Source of the DNA: Dudresnaya verticillata
Taxonomy: Eukaryota
Direction: 5' to 3'
NCBI GenBank assembly: GCA_977862235.1
Contig: OZ374560.1
Span: forward strand, 620,001-684,000
Length of the DNA: 64,000 nt
Numbering within the stretch: the first letter of the stretch is position 1; each line of letters opens with the position of its first letter. Shown piece by piece: positions 12,939 through 24,120 of the stretch. The translations under genes were made by a program, and so were the position numbers. Under the pieces are notes generated by a model. That model searched no databases. It was not told the DNA's origin and saw only the letters and a list, made by a program, of their open reading frames with translations.

Positions 12939-13884
12939 TGTTGCGCGGGGTGTGTAGGTAGGGCGTGAGTTAGGGTGGCGGGGGCGGCGGCGGGGGCGGC
13001 GGGGGGGTTGGGTAGCGTTGTCAAGGCTGGGGAACGCGTGTTTAAGTAGGCAGGCGAGGGAAAGCGATAATAATAATAATAATCAATGGCTCGTTTTTTA
13101 GGCGTGAGCGCCGGTTCTGCTCGAGAGGCGGCTGTGGCGGTGCCCGGGGCGTATATGTATCATTGGCCCCCGTTCGACATTGGCGTACGATCCAGCGCGG
13201 ACGCAATCGTTTAGGTTAATTTCTCTTTGTTGCGAGTAATTGCGGAGTCTGAAACGACCCCACCACTCTACTTTCTCGATATGCACCGGCGCAACACCCA
13301 ACGCGTGGTCGCGTTTTCAAATGACTGCGCAACTTCTGATTAATCGCGTCTCACGGTACGCCCACAATCTCTAACGGCAATCACCTACTTTCCACAGTTT
13401 CTCCGCGACTGCAACTCTGCGCTTACATTTCCTATTTCAATCCCACACTTGTTTGCGTTTCTCTGAACTATCTAATGGCGATTACAATATCAATATAGAC
13501 CGTACGTAACACCAGTGCTATCAGCAGCGTTTTTGGCATTGACTAATTCACAGAGCGTCCGAGAGAGCCAAAACCAATTCGCCTGCTCCGTTTATCTCAT
13601 TTTCTAATTTCGCGGAGCGCACACTTTGGGCAAGGAAACAACAACAACTGAAGGCCTTAAACCAGCAGGAGAATGTCAAAAGAATGTCTCGGTTTCGCTC
13701 CTGTGCGCTGAGTACTTCCCCACACACAACACAACAAACTTTAAAAAGCAGAGACCTGTGTCAACTCTGAACACAGAACACATTCTCAGACATCAATTCT
13801 AGGTCGTAGAGAGAAGGGCAATTTTATGCAGAAGTTTCTTAAGCCTTGTGGGTAGGTGTGTTAAGCAAGGCACTTCTCAAATTA

Positions 13885-14607
13885 TCAAGATCTCGACGAA
13901 CACCCACCTGTCCGTTCGATAAAGCAGAGTACTTCCTGACTCCTCCTGAGCCGCGCCCCACTGCCAAACCGAATCCGGTCGCCCTCAACACGAACCACAA
14001 GCTTCCCACGGCGCTCAGCCAAGCATGTGTTGAGCTGTTTGCGTCCCAACAACGCCACATGCGCCCGTAGGTAAACACCATCCGCACAGCTACCGTCGTC
14101 TTGTGATTGTGGCGACGTGGCGCGGGAGGCTGCTCGCATAACTTCCGACCAGGGAACCTCGACTGACAGCACCGGGATGCGCGTGTCCTTCTCCGGAAAG
14201 CTCGATGCCAGCCCGTGCGGGGTAGCCTCGCGCCCGTTCAGAAGGACCGGGGTGAGCGACGTTTTCGAGACGATTTTCCTTTCCTCGGTCGAACTCAGCT
14301 CTGCGAAAGAGCGGTCCGGAGAGGGGGAGTACGTGAAGAGATAGCTGCAGGTTACGTAGGGGAGATGCAATGTTTTAGGCTTCTTCGAGCACGATTGCAA
14401 TCGATGCGTTGACGATGTGGACCCACTAGAGCTGTTTGCAGAGGAAGATTTCCTTTCTTTTCGTGGCCGCGACGATGAGAGTTGGCCTCTGGTGTCAGAG
14501 ACGGGGCCATGGTTCTTGCTGGAAGCCGCACGGCTTGCTCTAATCGGGTGTCGACTTGTCTTGGACGCTTTGGGGACGTTCTCTGCATGATGGCGAGAGC
14601 GGCCCAT
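13885..14607 (-). CDS. Hypothetical protein (240 aa): Ser/Arg-rich N-terminus plus an uncharacterised C-terminal domain
   Basis: Intact ORF from ATG 14607; C-terminal ~110 aa aligns with the product of 20821-21144. Confidence 0.7.
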   Translation of the reverse strand: MGRSRHHAENVPKASKTSRHPIRASRAASSKNHGPVSDTRGQLSSSRPRKERKSSSANSSSGSTSSTHRLQSCSKKPKTLHLPYVTCSYLFTYSPSPDRSFAELSSTEERKIVSKTSLTPVLLNGREATPHGLASSFPEKDTRIPVLSVEVPWSEVMRAASRATSPQSQDDGSCADGVYLRAHVALLGRKQLNTCLAERRGKLVVRVEGDRIRFGSGARLRRSQEVLCFIERTGGCSSRS

Positions 14608-16352
14608 TGCGGGACATAGAGAGGAAGAAGGGATGATATGTTTGGGAAAAGACGAGAGTTTCACACTGAGAGGGGAGGATCATGTGAAGATGAAGGGAGG
14701 TGATTTCGACGCGAGGCAGGCCACGGAGAGCTGTGTACAGCATTGGACGACAAAGGCTTTGAGATGAGGAGGAACCCTACACGATGCGACTGAAGGTCTT
14801 GACCTTTTAAGCTTTGCTGTATCGCTGAAGAGATGGGAATTGACTGCCAAAGCGACATCGACGGGGTCGTATGGTCTCGCACAAACACTGAATGTCGAGC
14901 ACGCGTGTCCGCCAGATGCTTTTTCCCTCGCAGGTCAAGTTAAGACGCGTCAAGCTTAAACAAGTATGTGGTGCCAAAAAATCATCGATTTACTGAAAAC
15001 ACCTCTGACAGGAGATGAGGCTCACATATCACCGTCCCCGTGAGACTCGCCCGGTGACAGTCGTTACGTTGCGGCGCTAAGGCTGAAGCCAGTGTCTCAC
15101 CCACTCAAGGCCGGGAAGCAACTGCCCTTGGGGAGAACAGGGAACTTTAACCTTGGGAGGACGCCTCTTCAGTCTAGAGGGAGCCTTGTTTTCCGGCTGG
15201 GGAAGTATTGAAAGCCGAAATCAGCTGCTTTGGGATTGTACCCCTGAGGACACGTTAGCTTTCTGTCGAGCGTTGCTTCATACTGTATGTGGTGTGAGGG
15301 CACTCTGGAGAGACAGTGTCCTTATTCTATGAAGGTGCAATACGATGGTACGCGGTGCTTGGTCCTCGCCCTTATCGCCTACTTGTTCATGACAGAGTAA
15401 GGGTAGATGTGAATTATGATCATGTGTCCTTAAATGCTATCAAACCCTTTCAATAACCAACTACAATACGATGCCCGCACTATTCGCACATGCCCATATT
15501 TGAGTGCAAAAAGCACCATTTTAACACTTCGTATTCGCTAGACATGTTGAGGACGACTACAGTTTGCAGTCCCCCAAAACGCAAGTGATGCACATGGGGT
15601 TCATTGTGCCAGCAAAGAAACTTAACTATGTTACACTGCGCATCGAAATAGTAGATATAAATAAGGTGAACCTGCAGAGAGATACATCGCAGGCTATCGA
15701 AAACTCACAGTCCTTGAAAAGAATCCCAGTCGATTCTGCAAAACTAGACTTACATTTGTCCCTCATATCTATTTTCGCTGTACTGTACCAAGATGTCCCG
15801 GGGAGCGAAGTACTTTTTAACTCTCTCCGCGCACTTGCAGAAGTTTATTCGGTTTGCATAACTTTAAGCTCTCCATGAAAGTTGATGTCCTGTTGTAAGA
15901 TGAAACTCTGAAATGAAAGAAACAAGATGAGAAGAGTAGAGAGAGCCTAAGTAGCTTGTATATGCAACTTCTGTATGCAGGTACATAATCGTTGAGGATT
16001 TCTGTAGAGGAGAGGCATTGTGCTTGTTGTAACAATTGGAGACGAGCGTTCCGAGGTCAACACATTAAGTTCTGCACTGCAATGCAAAGCTACTTTTACA
16101 TTGCAGTCTCTCTCTGTATTTGCATGCAGACAACGATGCCATTTTTCCTTGCAATCCATCTATTAAGTTGTGATGATGATGATGCATACCATCTTGGTTG
16201 ATGAGTTGATACGGGAGTACTTCCAATAGCTTTACGTTCTCGACTAATGAAGCGCAAATGTCACGGAGGACAAATTCTCGGAATGCCTCTTCTAGTTACA
16301 AGTCGAGCGTCTTTTCCTATTAAGGCATGGAAAGCTTTGACGTCTTGTAGAA

Positions 16353-16404
16353 GAAGCTTTATTTCGAACCTTCGGAGCGAAGCTTTATTTCGAACCTTCG
16401 GAGA
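16353..16404. repeat. 26-bp tandem duplication
   Basis: GAAGCTTTATTTCGAACCTTCGGAG(C/A) x2. Confidence 0.85.
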
Positions 16405-19400
16405 GTATCACTATCTATTTGATTCAAATGTTGAGTTGAACTGCACAGTTGCGCAGCACAACGCCACAGTTGGGCAGCACGGCTCAACGTGTGATTGGTA
16501 TAATTCAGATAAATGTATTGTCGGTGCTCTTCAGAGTATCTATTTAGGTCTTATCTCCTTTCGGAAAGGACCACGCCTTTGCCTTGCACCTCTCCGCCTA
16601 GTGTGCTCGTCAATCACGATATGAGACAAGATTATTCCGTAGTCCATGAGCAGATAATTGCTTTTCCCATGTAAATTTGAGCAGCCAAGCTATGGTCCTC
16701 TCTATATCACGACGAGGTTTTGCAAAAGACCGTAGCTCTGGAGGACAGAAACACGCAATCCGTTATGGTCCTCGCAACCGGAGACATGCCATTTATATGT
16801 CACGAGTCTACTGTTTCAGGCTCCCCGCCTGTCGCAGGATGGGAGCACGACCGCACAGAAAGGGCCTTTCAGGCTGAGAACAGACGCTTCCATGTCAGCG
16901 TAGCAAAGCCCGGATAGCATCAACGGCTTCCCGTTGTATTTCTGTGATTTTGAAGCACTTTCGTCTTTGAAAAATGAGCCTGATGCATTCGTACAGTAAT
17001 CCCCCCATCGGAGAGGGATTTGCAAGGGATAATGCACAAAGAACGGTTTCAAAACTGCTCAAGTGGAGATAGGCCCACAGTAGAGCTCTTTTCTCTTCTC
17101 GGAGAGCAAAATAGACTCTTTTATGCTCTCCCAGAGTCTTCCTGCAGCTGACGGAGCGAGAAGTTTATTCGATTAGCATAGCATCAAAAACTTTTTCTGT
17201 CTCAGATACCAAGAGATAAAGGAGGGGTTGCCAAGCTTTTTTCACCTTTGTGCAGTGGTTCATCGCTGGTACTGGTATTCGTAAAAAACGGAATTGTGGA
17301 ATCTGTTCATTACATTTGTTGCCACATTAATGTTGAGGACTCTCTCTCACTTTGTTCAAGGGATATTTGTAACAGTAAATGAGCTTGTTTCTTCACAAGA
17401 GCGTAAGAAATTACAACGAGAGAAATGATTCCAACGGTCGTCTTTCCTGCACTATTTGCACGTCTGCTGTGATAGGCCTGATACCACTGCCGTTTCGAAG
17501 CATTAATATTGCGATAGAAATATATACTGGGGACACAGGATAAAGGAAGTCATTTCGAACTCAGTGTCTCAACAGTTGACATAGAGTAGCATACAGGTGC
17601 GATGTGTGTTGTGACGTGGAGAGGATTTAGTGGCTTCTTAATTGCGATATGTCTGCAGGATTCGATCCCGAATCATCCAATTCCATTACGGGTAATACCA
17701 AGAGCAATCCTTGTTCTGTGCTAGTACTTGCAAAGAACGCATCTTGTTACTGAATTGCGGAAATTTCAGTGCTGAGGCTTAGAAAAACCTCCTTTCTAGA
17801 TATACAGAGAAGCCCGTTTAAGCGGCTTCCCGTGTACTCTCAATAAAGTGCCCCTGGATATACGTGAAGTGAAATAAGCTCAAACGTATTTATCACACAT
17901 TGTTTTTCTTTGCTGGTTCCACGGCAAAAATTGGAGAGGCCTGTTCTAAGAAGACTGCACAAGCTGAAAGTATCGTTTCGGAGATGGAACTTTTGAAGTA
18001 ATTTTTACCATATCTCTAATAGTGCGTGTTGTTGATGTAGATAGTCACGGTAAAAGTTATGATTTTGTTTAAAGTAATCTTATGTGCGCAACCACGGCCC
18101 ACGTCAGATAGCGTACAAATATAGGTTGTCGCCTTATAGCTAGCACTCTGTGGCCTCCAAAAGAACAATGCAGAAGGCCTAGCATGAATAAGGCGTTGGA
18201 AATCCAGCGAGGATAAAATTCAAGAAGGAACCAACATTGCTACATGCAAACTTCACATGTTCAACTGGAAGGTTGCACGTAACAATGGGAAGGATTTCAA
18301 ACGTGGAGTGGAGCACGATGTGTAGAGTCCAGACAGACAGGCATGGTCAAATGGAATGTAAAACGAGGGTCCCCCTTGGGCGATGCGCGCGGACGCGAGG
18401 GGGAGGACCGGCGGGGACTGCGCTCAGAGGGGTCATTGAAGGGTTCACACTGGGCGTGGACCGCGCAAGCAGCGAGTTTGGAAACAGCCGCGCCGTGGAC
18501 CGAGCTTGATAGCAGAACGTGTACAACTTGTACAAAACGCGCCAATCTCGCAAAGGGAAAATGCTCCCGTGTCACATGTGCCCCGCAGAATTCAATGAAA
18601 ATCCCGCTTTCGGGCATTTGGTCCTCATCCGGTTCGCACGCGCAGCAGCTTTTTGGCGTCCCTCGTAATAACGCGCCGGGCGCAGATCAGCGTGCCTAAA
18701 TCAGAAGAGATTGAGGAGGTTCTGCCGCCTCTTTGTATCAGACCGCCGCCGTGCTTGTTGCTGCCTCTGGCGCAGAGTCCGTCCGGACAATATTGACGTC
18801 TGGAGTCTGAACACATGCCTGGAGAGAGAGAGAGAGAGGACGCCCACTCTGTTTGACAATAAACGTGGCTCGCTCCTGGAGTTTCCCTCGCTCCGCATCT
18901 GTCCCTCTGCGCGCGCCTGTAAGAACCGTGCTTCGCGAGGACCTGCGCAGGGTGCTTCCCAACCCCCACCCTGGCGGAAGCTTCAGCTGTCTACCGTGGA
19001 AGTGCTGCGCCGCCTTCTGTGACGGATGGCTCTTTCTGGTACACTAGTGCGTTTCAGCAGCCTACCCTGCCCGTCGCCACGGAGAGCATGAAAACAGACA
19101 ATCTGCAATTCGTTGTGGAAACGAGGGCGGACAGGCCAATCCTTCTTCCATGTCCATAAATGCTGCCCGTTCGTGTCGTGCTGTCGCGATTTCTCATTTG
19201 CGCTTATTTTCTTGTTCAACAGTTGCGGAACGGGATACCATTAGAATTCCAATGAGCTTGCAAAGTGGGCCAACTGGGTTAGTAACAAGCATGGCGTAGA
19301 TTGTAACTTGGCAGTTCGGCAATACCAAAACTGCCTTGAAGACATCTCAAGCTGTGATTCGCAAGCAACTACCTCAGCAGATGGTCCTTTCCACAACAAC

Positions 19401-20820
19401 TTGTCTACAGCTGGGGTTAGATCTTTTCTGTACCGGTTTTGTTACAAATGCAGCCAATGCCCATTGTGAATGAAGCGCGGCAGGCTTCATTGAGAAGGAT
19501 CTTTCTCAATTAACAACGCTTTCAGAGCGAAGACTACCAGGACGCGGTCCACTACAGAAAACAAAGGTTGGAATCAATCATCCAGAGCTCCAGGGCGACG
19601 ACACGGGTGTGTCTCATCACTCACAACCAAAAATAATCCGAGGATGCGGATGTGCGACAGTCCGCCAAGATCAGTTCGATCTTTCAAGGTCCTCTTTTTC
19701 TCTTTCAAATGCGGACAGAGCGGGGCAGCTGTAGCAATCGAATAACTAGTGTAGTTTTGCGATATGCAACACCCAAGCAGTAACAACTAGCTGGTTTGTT
19801 CCCATCACGCCGACTTGTTCCAGTCAGTACCTGATACCGTACCGCGTTCTGGGGGTCAAATTGACTGGTCCCCTGTTGAATGCCGCAGAGAAAGTCGCTA
19901 TTCATTACCACCTCATTGAGTTTATTGCTGCTCGCCGTAGAACCACCCCCTCTCAGAAAGTGAGACCGTCTTCAGCCCAGACGCCAAGTCTTAGATCATG
20001 CTACTCTGAATATCAATCGTAGCCATATAGATTTGACCTCTCCATGAGGACCAGCCTAACTGTTCCCCAGTTTTATGCATAGTGTAGGCCCCAGTTCTCT
20101 TCACATCACAGCTTTGATGCCGGCGGTGGGCTACTCCGTTTAGTACAATTGAATGCTACAACGTGTGACTGAGGGAGTCCCACGTTTGTTCTCTTCGATA
20201 TCATTGGATTAAGTGCACGGTGATTTCAACAGATATTCCCGGAGATACTTCTATTACTCTTATCTAGCCCAATGTGTCCACGCTCGGAGTGAACCGCCAG
20301 AAACGAAAGTGGGTGATGAACAGGGCTGTAGAATTTGCTAGCGTGTTCCGCAACCAAAGGGCGAGACTCTCGAAAAAGTCAGAAAGCGCCCTTCTTGCTG
20401 TGCTGCCGACACGGGCATGAGAAGCCGGAACATTCCCACGTGCCCGGACAGCTCTAACAGAAGCGGACTGTGACGTACCGTACGGCAGTAGACGCGTGTC
20501 CTTCTGGGAGGCACGTCGTGCAGCGCACCTTCAGAAAATAATCGACGCGAAGGCAGCGCAATTGGGCCGAAGTTGGCGGTCCTCTCGCGAGTCCTCTCGG
20601 CCGCCCGCGTGTTTCTCTCATATTTTCGCGCCCACGCGCCAATCACCGCCGACCAACTGGCATCCACGTCCTCTGCGCGAATCGCGCAGTCCAAACCGCC
20701 TCGCTCGCTCGATATACATATCTCACGTCCCACCGTAGCACCATCGTCCCGCCGCCGCTCAGCACCTCCACAACGACACATCGCATCGCCCCCACGCCCG
20801 CACCCGCCCTGTATCCCGCA

Positions 20821-21144
20821 ATGTCGCGCTCCGCCGCCGTCCCCCCACAACCCGTGCTCTCCATCGGCACGAGCCCACCGTCCGCGCGCACCGCAACCCC
20901 CGTCACGCTGCCGTGGTCCGCCGTGCTGGCCGCGGCCGGCGCCCCGGTGCACACGCGCGACGCCGACGGCATGCTGCTGCACGCCCGCCTCACCTACCTC
21001 CGCATCCCGTCGGCGCGCTTGCGACGCGCGCTGCGCGTTCCTCGCGCCTGTGTGCAGCTCCGCGATGGACGCACTCTCGCTGGAGACGGATTTGTGTTTT
21101 GCTTCGTCGACCCGACCGTTGCTACTGCTGCTGGAAGGGCGTAG
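20821..21144 (+). CDS. Hypothetical protein (107 aa), paralog of the 13885-14607 C-terminal domain
   Basis: ATG start, GC-rich codons, TATA-like ATATACATA at ~20712, T-rich 3' flank; shared VxxPWSxVxxAA, ADGxxLxA and VxCF motifs. Confidence 0.7.
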   Translation: MSRSAAVPPQPVLSIGTSPPSARTATPVTLPWSAVLAAAGAPVHTRDADGMLLHARLTYLRIPSARLRRALRVPRACVQLRDGRTLAGDGFVFCFVDPTVATAAGRA

Positions 21145-22642
21145 GGCTGCTTCATCTTGCACTTTTTGTTGGTTTTGTTTTTGAAGTTTCTTTGTACATA
21201 GGATGAATGTGTGCTACTTCTGGTTTCGATGCTCGGTCAGGAAGAAGGGGCGTGGCAACGAGACTTTGCTGGATAGAAGGTTTTTCGAAGAGAAGCTGAT
21301 GTATTGGATTTCAGCACCACATTGAGACAGCCTAGAGTATAGGCCCAGTCAGGCGAGAGCACCGCCGCGAAGGCGAAATTAGGGGACTGTACTTCGCTTC
21401 CGGAGCATTGGAAGCTTGAGGAGTAGTTCTGGACTGGACAGGCAGAGAAACCGCAACTAGCACGCAAGCACAAGCTTTGTTGTCGAACGGCCCGCGTAAT
21501 CAAGCGGAAGATGTGAGCTCTCCTGCAGCCGCACGCAAAGGTAGAACAGGATGATGTTGTCACCGAGCACCTGGTTGCATGACCTCTCCACGCGCAAGCA
21601 GCACAAGATTGTCTCCGCACTCGCACGATTATGGACTACCGAACGATGTGCAGCTTTTTGCGGACCTGGGCAAGCATCAAGGCCCACTAATGTACCTTCA
21701 CTTCTACCGAGGTTCGTGTTGTAAATAGAAGCTCGGCAACAACTTCCGCACAGTAAATGTGAAAGACTTCTCATGTTGAAGCTGCTCGCAATTGCGACGC
21801 TTCATGTCTTGCGGCGCCTATGATGTTGTAATTTATTGAATCTTTAACGTGCGCGGTTGCGCGGGCGACTAAGGCCCATTTGCAGGCACACGCCCTACCA
21901 ACCAGACATCTCCTGTATGTGGTAGACTAGACGGGCTTACACCCGTAAAAGTAATGTTGGGGGCAGTCCAGCCGGCTCCATGAGAAGAATGGGCAAACAA
22001 CCCCGTGGGGAAAAAGCATTGAGAAAAATGTAAAACCATGGGACCTGGCGGGAGTGCCTCTGCCTTCCTTCCCCCGCCACATGCCATGCAAACAAGTGCA
22101 TTTTATTGGTCAAGTGGTCAACTCTTCGGCAGATATTATTATTCTCCTGTACACGATATGTACAGCAATGAAAACAGTTTCTTTACGGATAGCTTAAGAC
22201 AAAGAATAAGACGCAGTGGGACTCCAACTTTGATTATCGCCTCAACCAGCATACTCATACTGGAGTGGGGTAAACCGAAAAGATACTGTTGACCAGAATT
22301 GTTTTTGCGAGAAAGACGCGTAGGTGTCATGGCTCCCTATTCGTGAGGAAATGTCCTGAAACCAATCCTGAAGTGATGTAAATCGAAACCTGAAGCCGTC
22401 CGGAAGAAATGCTCTGTGATCTTGAAATTTATCTCATTGCATGTGGGTAGAGATGTAGCACAACGGGTGCAGCACAGTAAGAGCAAGGAAAACAATGGAC
22501 ACCTGTCCGGAACCGTCGTGTTCAGGGTTGCTCGGGTGTGGTAGAGGCTTGGTAGAATGGCACTAGGACAGGGAAAAGGGGAAAGGAAAAAGGGGGCGCG
22601 AGCTGGTACTCCGCAGAGAAGCTGCCGTACGGTGACGAGCCT

Positions 22643-23497
22643 TGTGATATAGCGAAGTCCATGGTGACGCGGGGAAGTCTCGCACTGTAAGTAATGGCCT
22701 CGGAGCCTAACGTGTGGCGTCTTAGCCTAACGGAGAAAGGAAAAGGGGTGGTAGCATGGTAGAGCGGAGCGACTGTGACAGCGCCCAGCACGAAGGACCA
22801 CGGTGTCAACGTATTCGTGTGCGGAAGGGAGAACTAGAGCCATCGATCACCGGGGCTGAATCCGGGTGCGCGGGGCTATCGAAAGCGAGGCTCGACCGTA
22901 TCCGCGGCCACGAAGACGAAGACACCGAACTCGAAGAAACAGGCGTTTACCGAAGACTCCGAGGTCCGGGCGCTAGTCGCTTGCCGGAACCACTCGGAGG
23001 TTGTGCCAGAGGACTGGCTAAGTAATACTACGTGAGCACTAATACACATCAACGCAGGAAACAGTTCGTACTCGAATGATTCGTAACGGCCTCAGTGCCA
23101 CCGAATGGTCGTGTCACGTATGGTGGCGGTTACGAAGTGCGCCAGCGATGCATACGGAGGTGCACGCGCGTCGTGGGCCTCGGGGCCGTTACGCGCAGGA
23201 AACAACGGGAAGACCACGAAGATGTCAGCGATTTCGTATCGGGTGCGCACTGTAATGCGAATGCCATCGTGGCGCGCGCGATCACGAAGTACGCTTGGAA
23301 TTCGTCCGGAGGTGTCAGCGATTTCGTATCGCGTGCGTGCTGTAATGCGAATGCCATCGTCGCACACGCAGAGTATGCGCACTGTAATACGTTTTCCATA
23401 GTGGCGTGCGCATTCACGTAGTCACTTCGAAATTCGTATTTCTCGATTATTTTCACGTAGACCACGGAGTCGTTTTGCGCACTGCGTCTATACCACA
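22643..23497 (-). repeat. 3' LTR (855 bp) with internal ~90-bp subrepeats
   Basis: TGTGATATAG...CTATACCACA; about 94% identical by eye (first ~175 bp) to 34344-35186, with a 12-bp indel. Confidence 0.95.
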
Positions 23498-23510
23498 CGG
23501 CCCCCTCCTC
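23498..23510 (-). other. Polypurine tract
   Basis: Minus-strand GAGGAGGGGGCCG immediately before the 3' LTR. Confidence 0.85.
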
Positions 23511-24120
23511 AAGAGCGAACGTCCCGGTCGCGGGTTACGAATCACGAATTGGCGTGGCCCGGTTTCCCTCGGTGGAGCGCGGATGGAGCCATCCGAGTGG
23601 CGGCGCGGAGATTGCTTCGAGCTCACGTCATCGCTCAGCTTTGCCTCGGGGCTTACGAATTTGAATTCGGATCACGTGTGCGATGGCTCCTTCTTATTGG
23701 CTAATCACGAAGATATTTCTCGTACGTAGAACGGGTTAGGGCTTCGGCGCCGTCCGTTGACGCGTGCGTGCGCGCGCGGATCACGGAGACGGGGCGCGAG
23801 CCACGTGGGTTATTTCAACTTCCGGTTGCGCTGGGTCCGAGCCCCTTGCTTCTCCGGTCATCGCGCACGCACACAACTCGCTTCAGCTCCTTGGCTTTCG
23901 GTTGCTTGCGTCTTCCGTCGGCTTCTTCGTCTTGCGCTGTTGCGTCCGTGCGCATCTCTTCTCGCATCGTTCGCGCCGCTCCGTAGCGTTCATATTGTTG
24001 CTTCGTTGGCCTCGGTGGTTTGCGGTGGTAGGTTGTGGGTTGCGTGTCTCGGTTTTGGGGCAAGTGTTGCGCGTCCTCCGTGGATTGCATTACGGTTAAC
24101 TTCGTGTCAAGTATCCTGCG

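Noticed and set aside
15000..15400. GC-balanced stretch considered as a structured ncRNA or ribozyme
   Set aside because: No recognisable conserved core found; would need an Infernal/Rfam search
17590..17680. GATTCGATCCCGAATC, T-loop-like hairpin
   Set aside because: No cloverleaf, A box or acceptor stem; not called as tRNA or SINE
18297..19219. Cluster of overlapping ORFs in GC-richer DNA
   Set aside because: Multiple stops in all frames and no recognisable domain; could be a decayed or spliced gene
20338..21184. ORFs 20338-21162(-) and 20573-21184(+)
   Set aside because: Alternative frames over the GC-rich 20821-21144 gene, which has paralog support
22519..22642. LTR-like target sequence continuing at 35192-35356
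   Set aside because: Plausible older LTR, but termini and TSD could not be fixed
23221..23400. Repeats with intervening sequence, superficially CRISPR-like
   Set aside because: LTR subrepeats present in both LTRs; eukaryotic context, no cas genes
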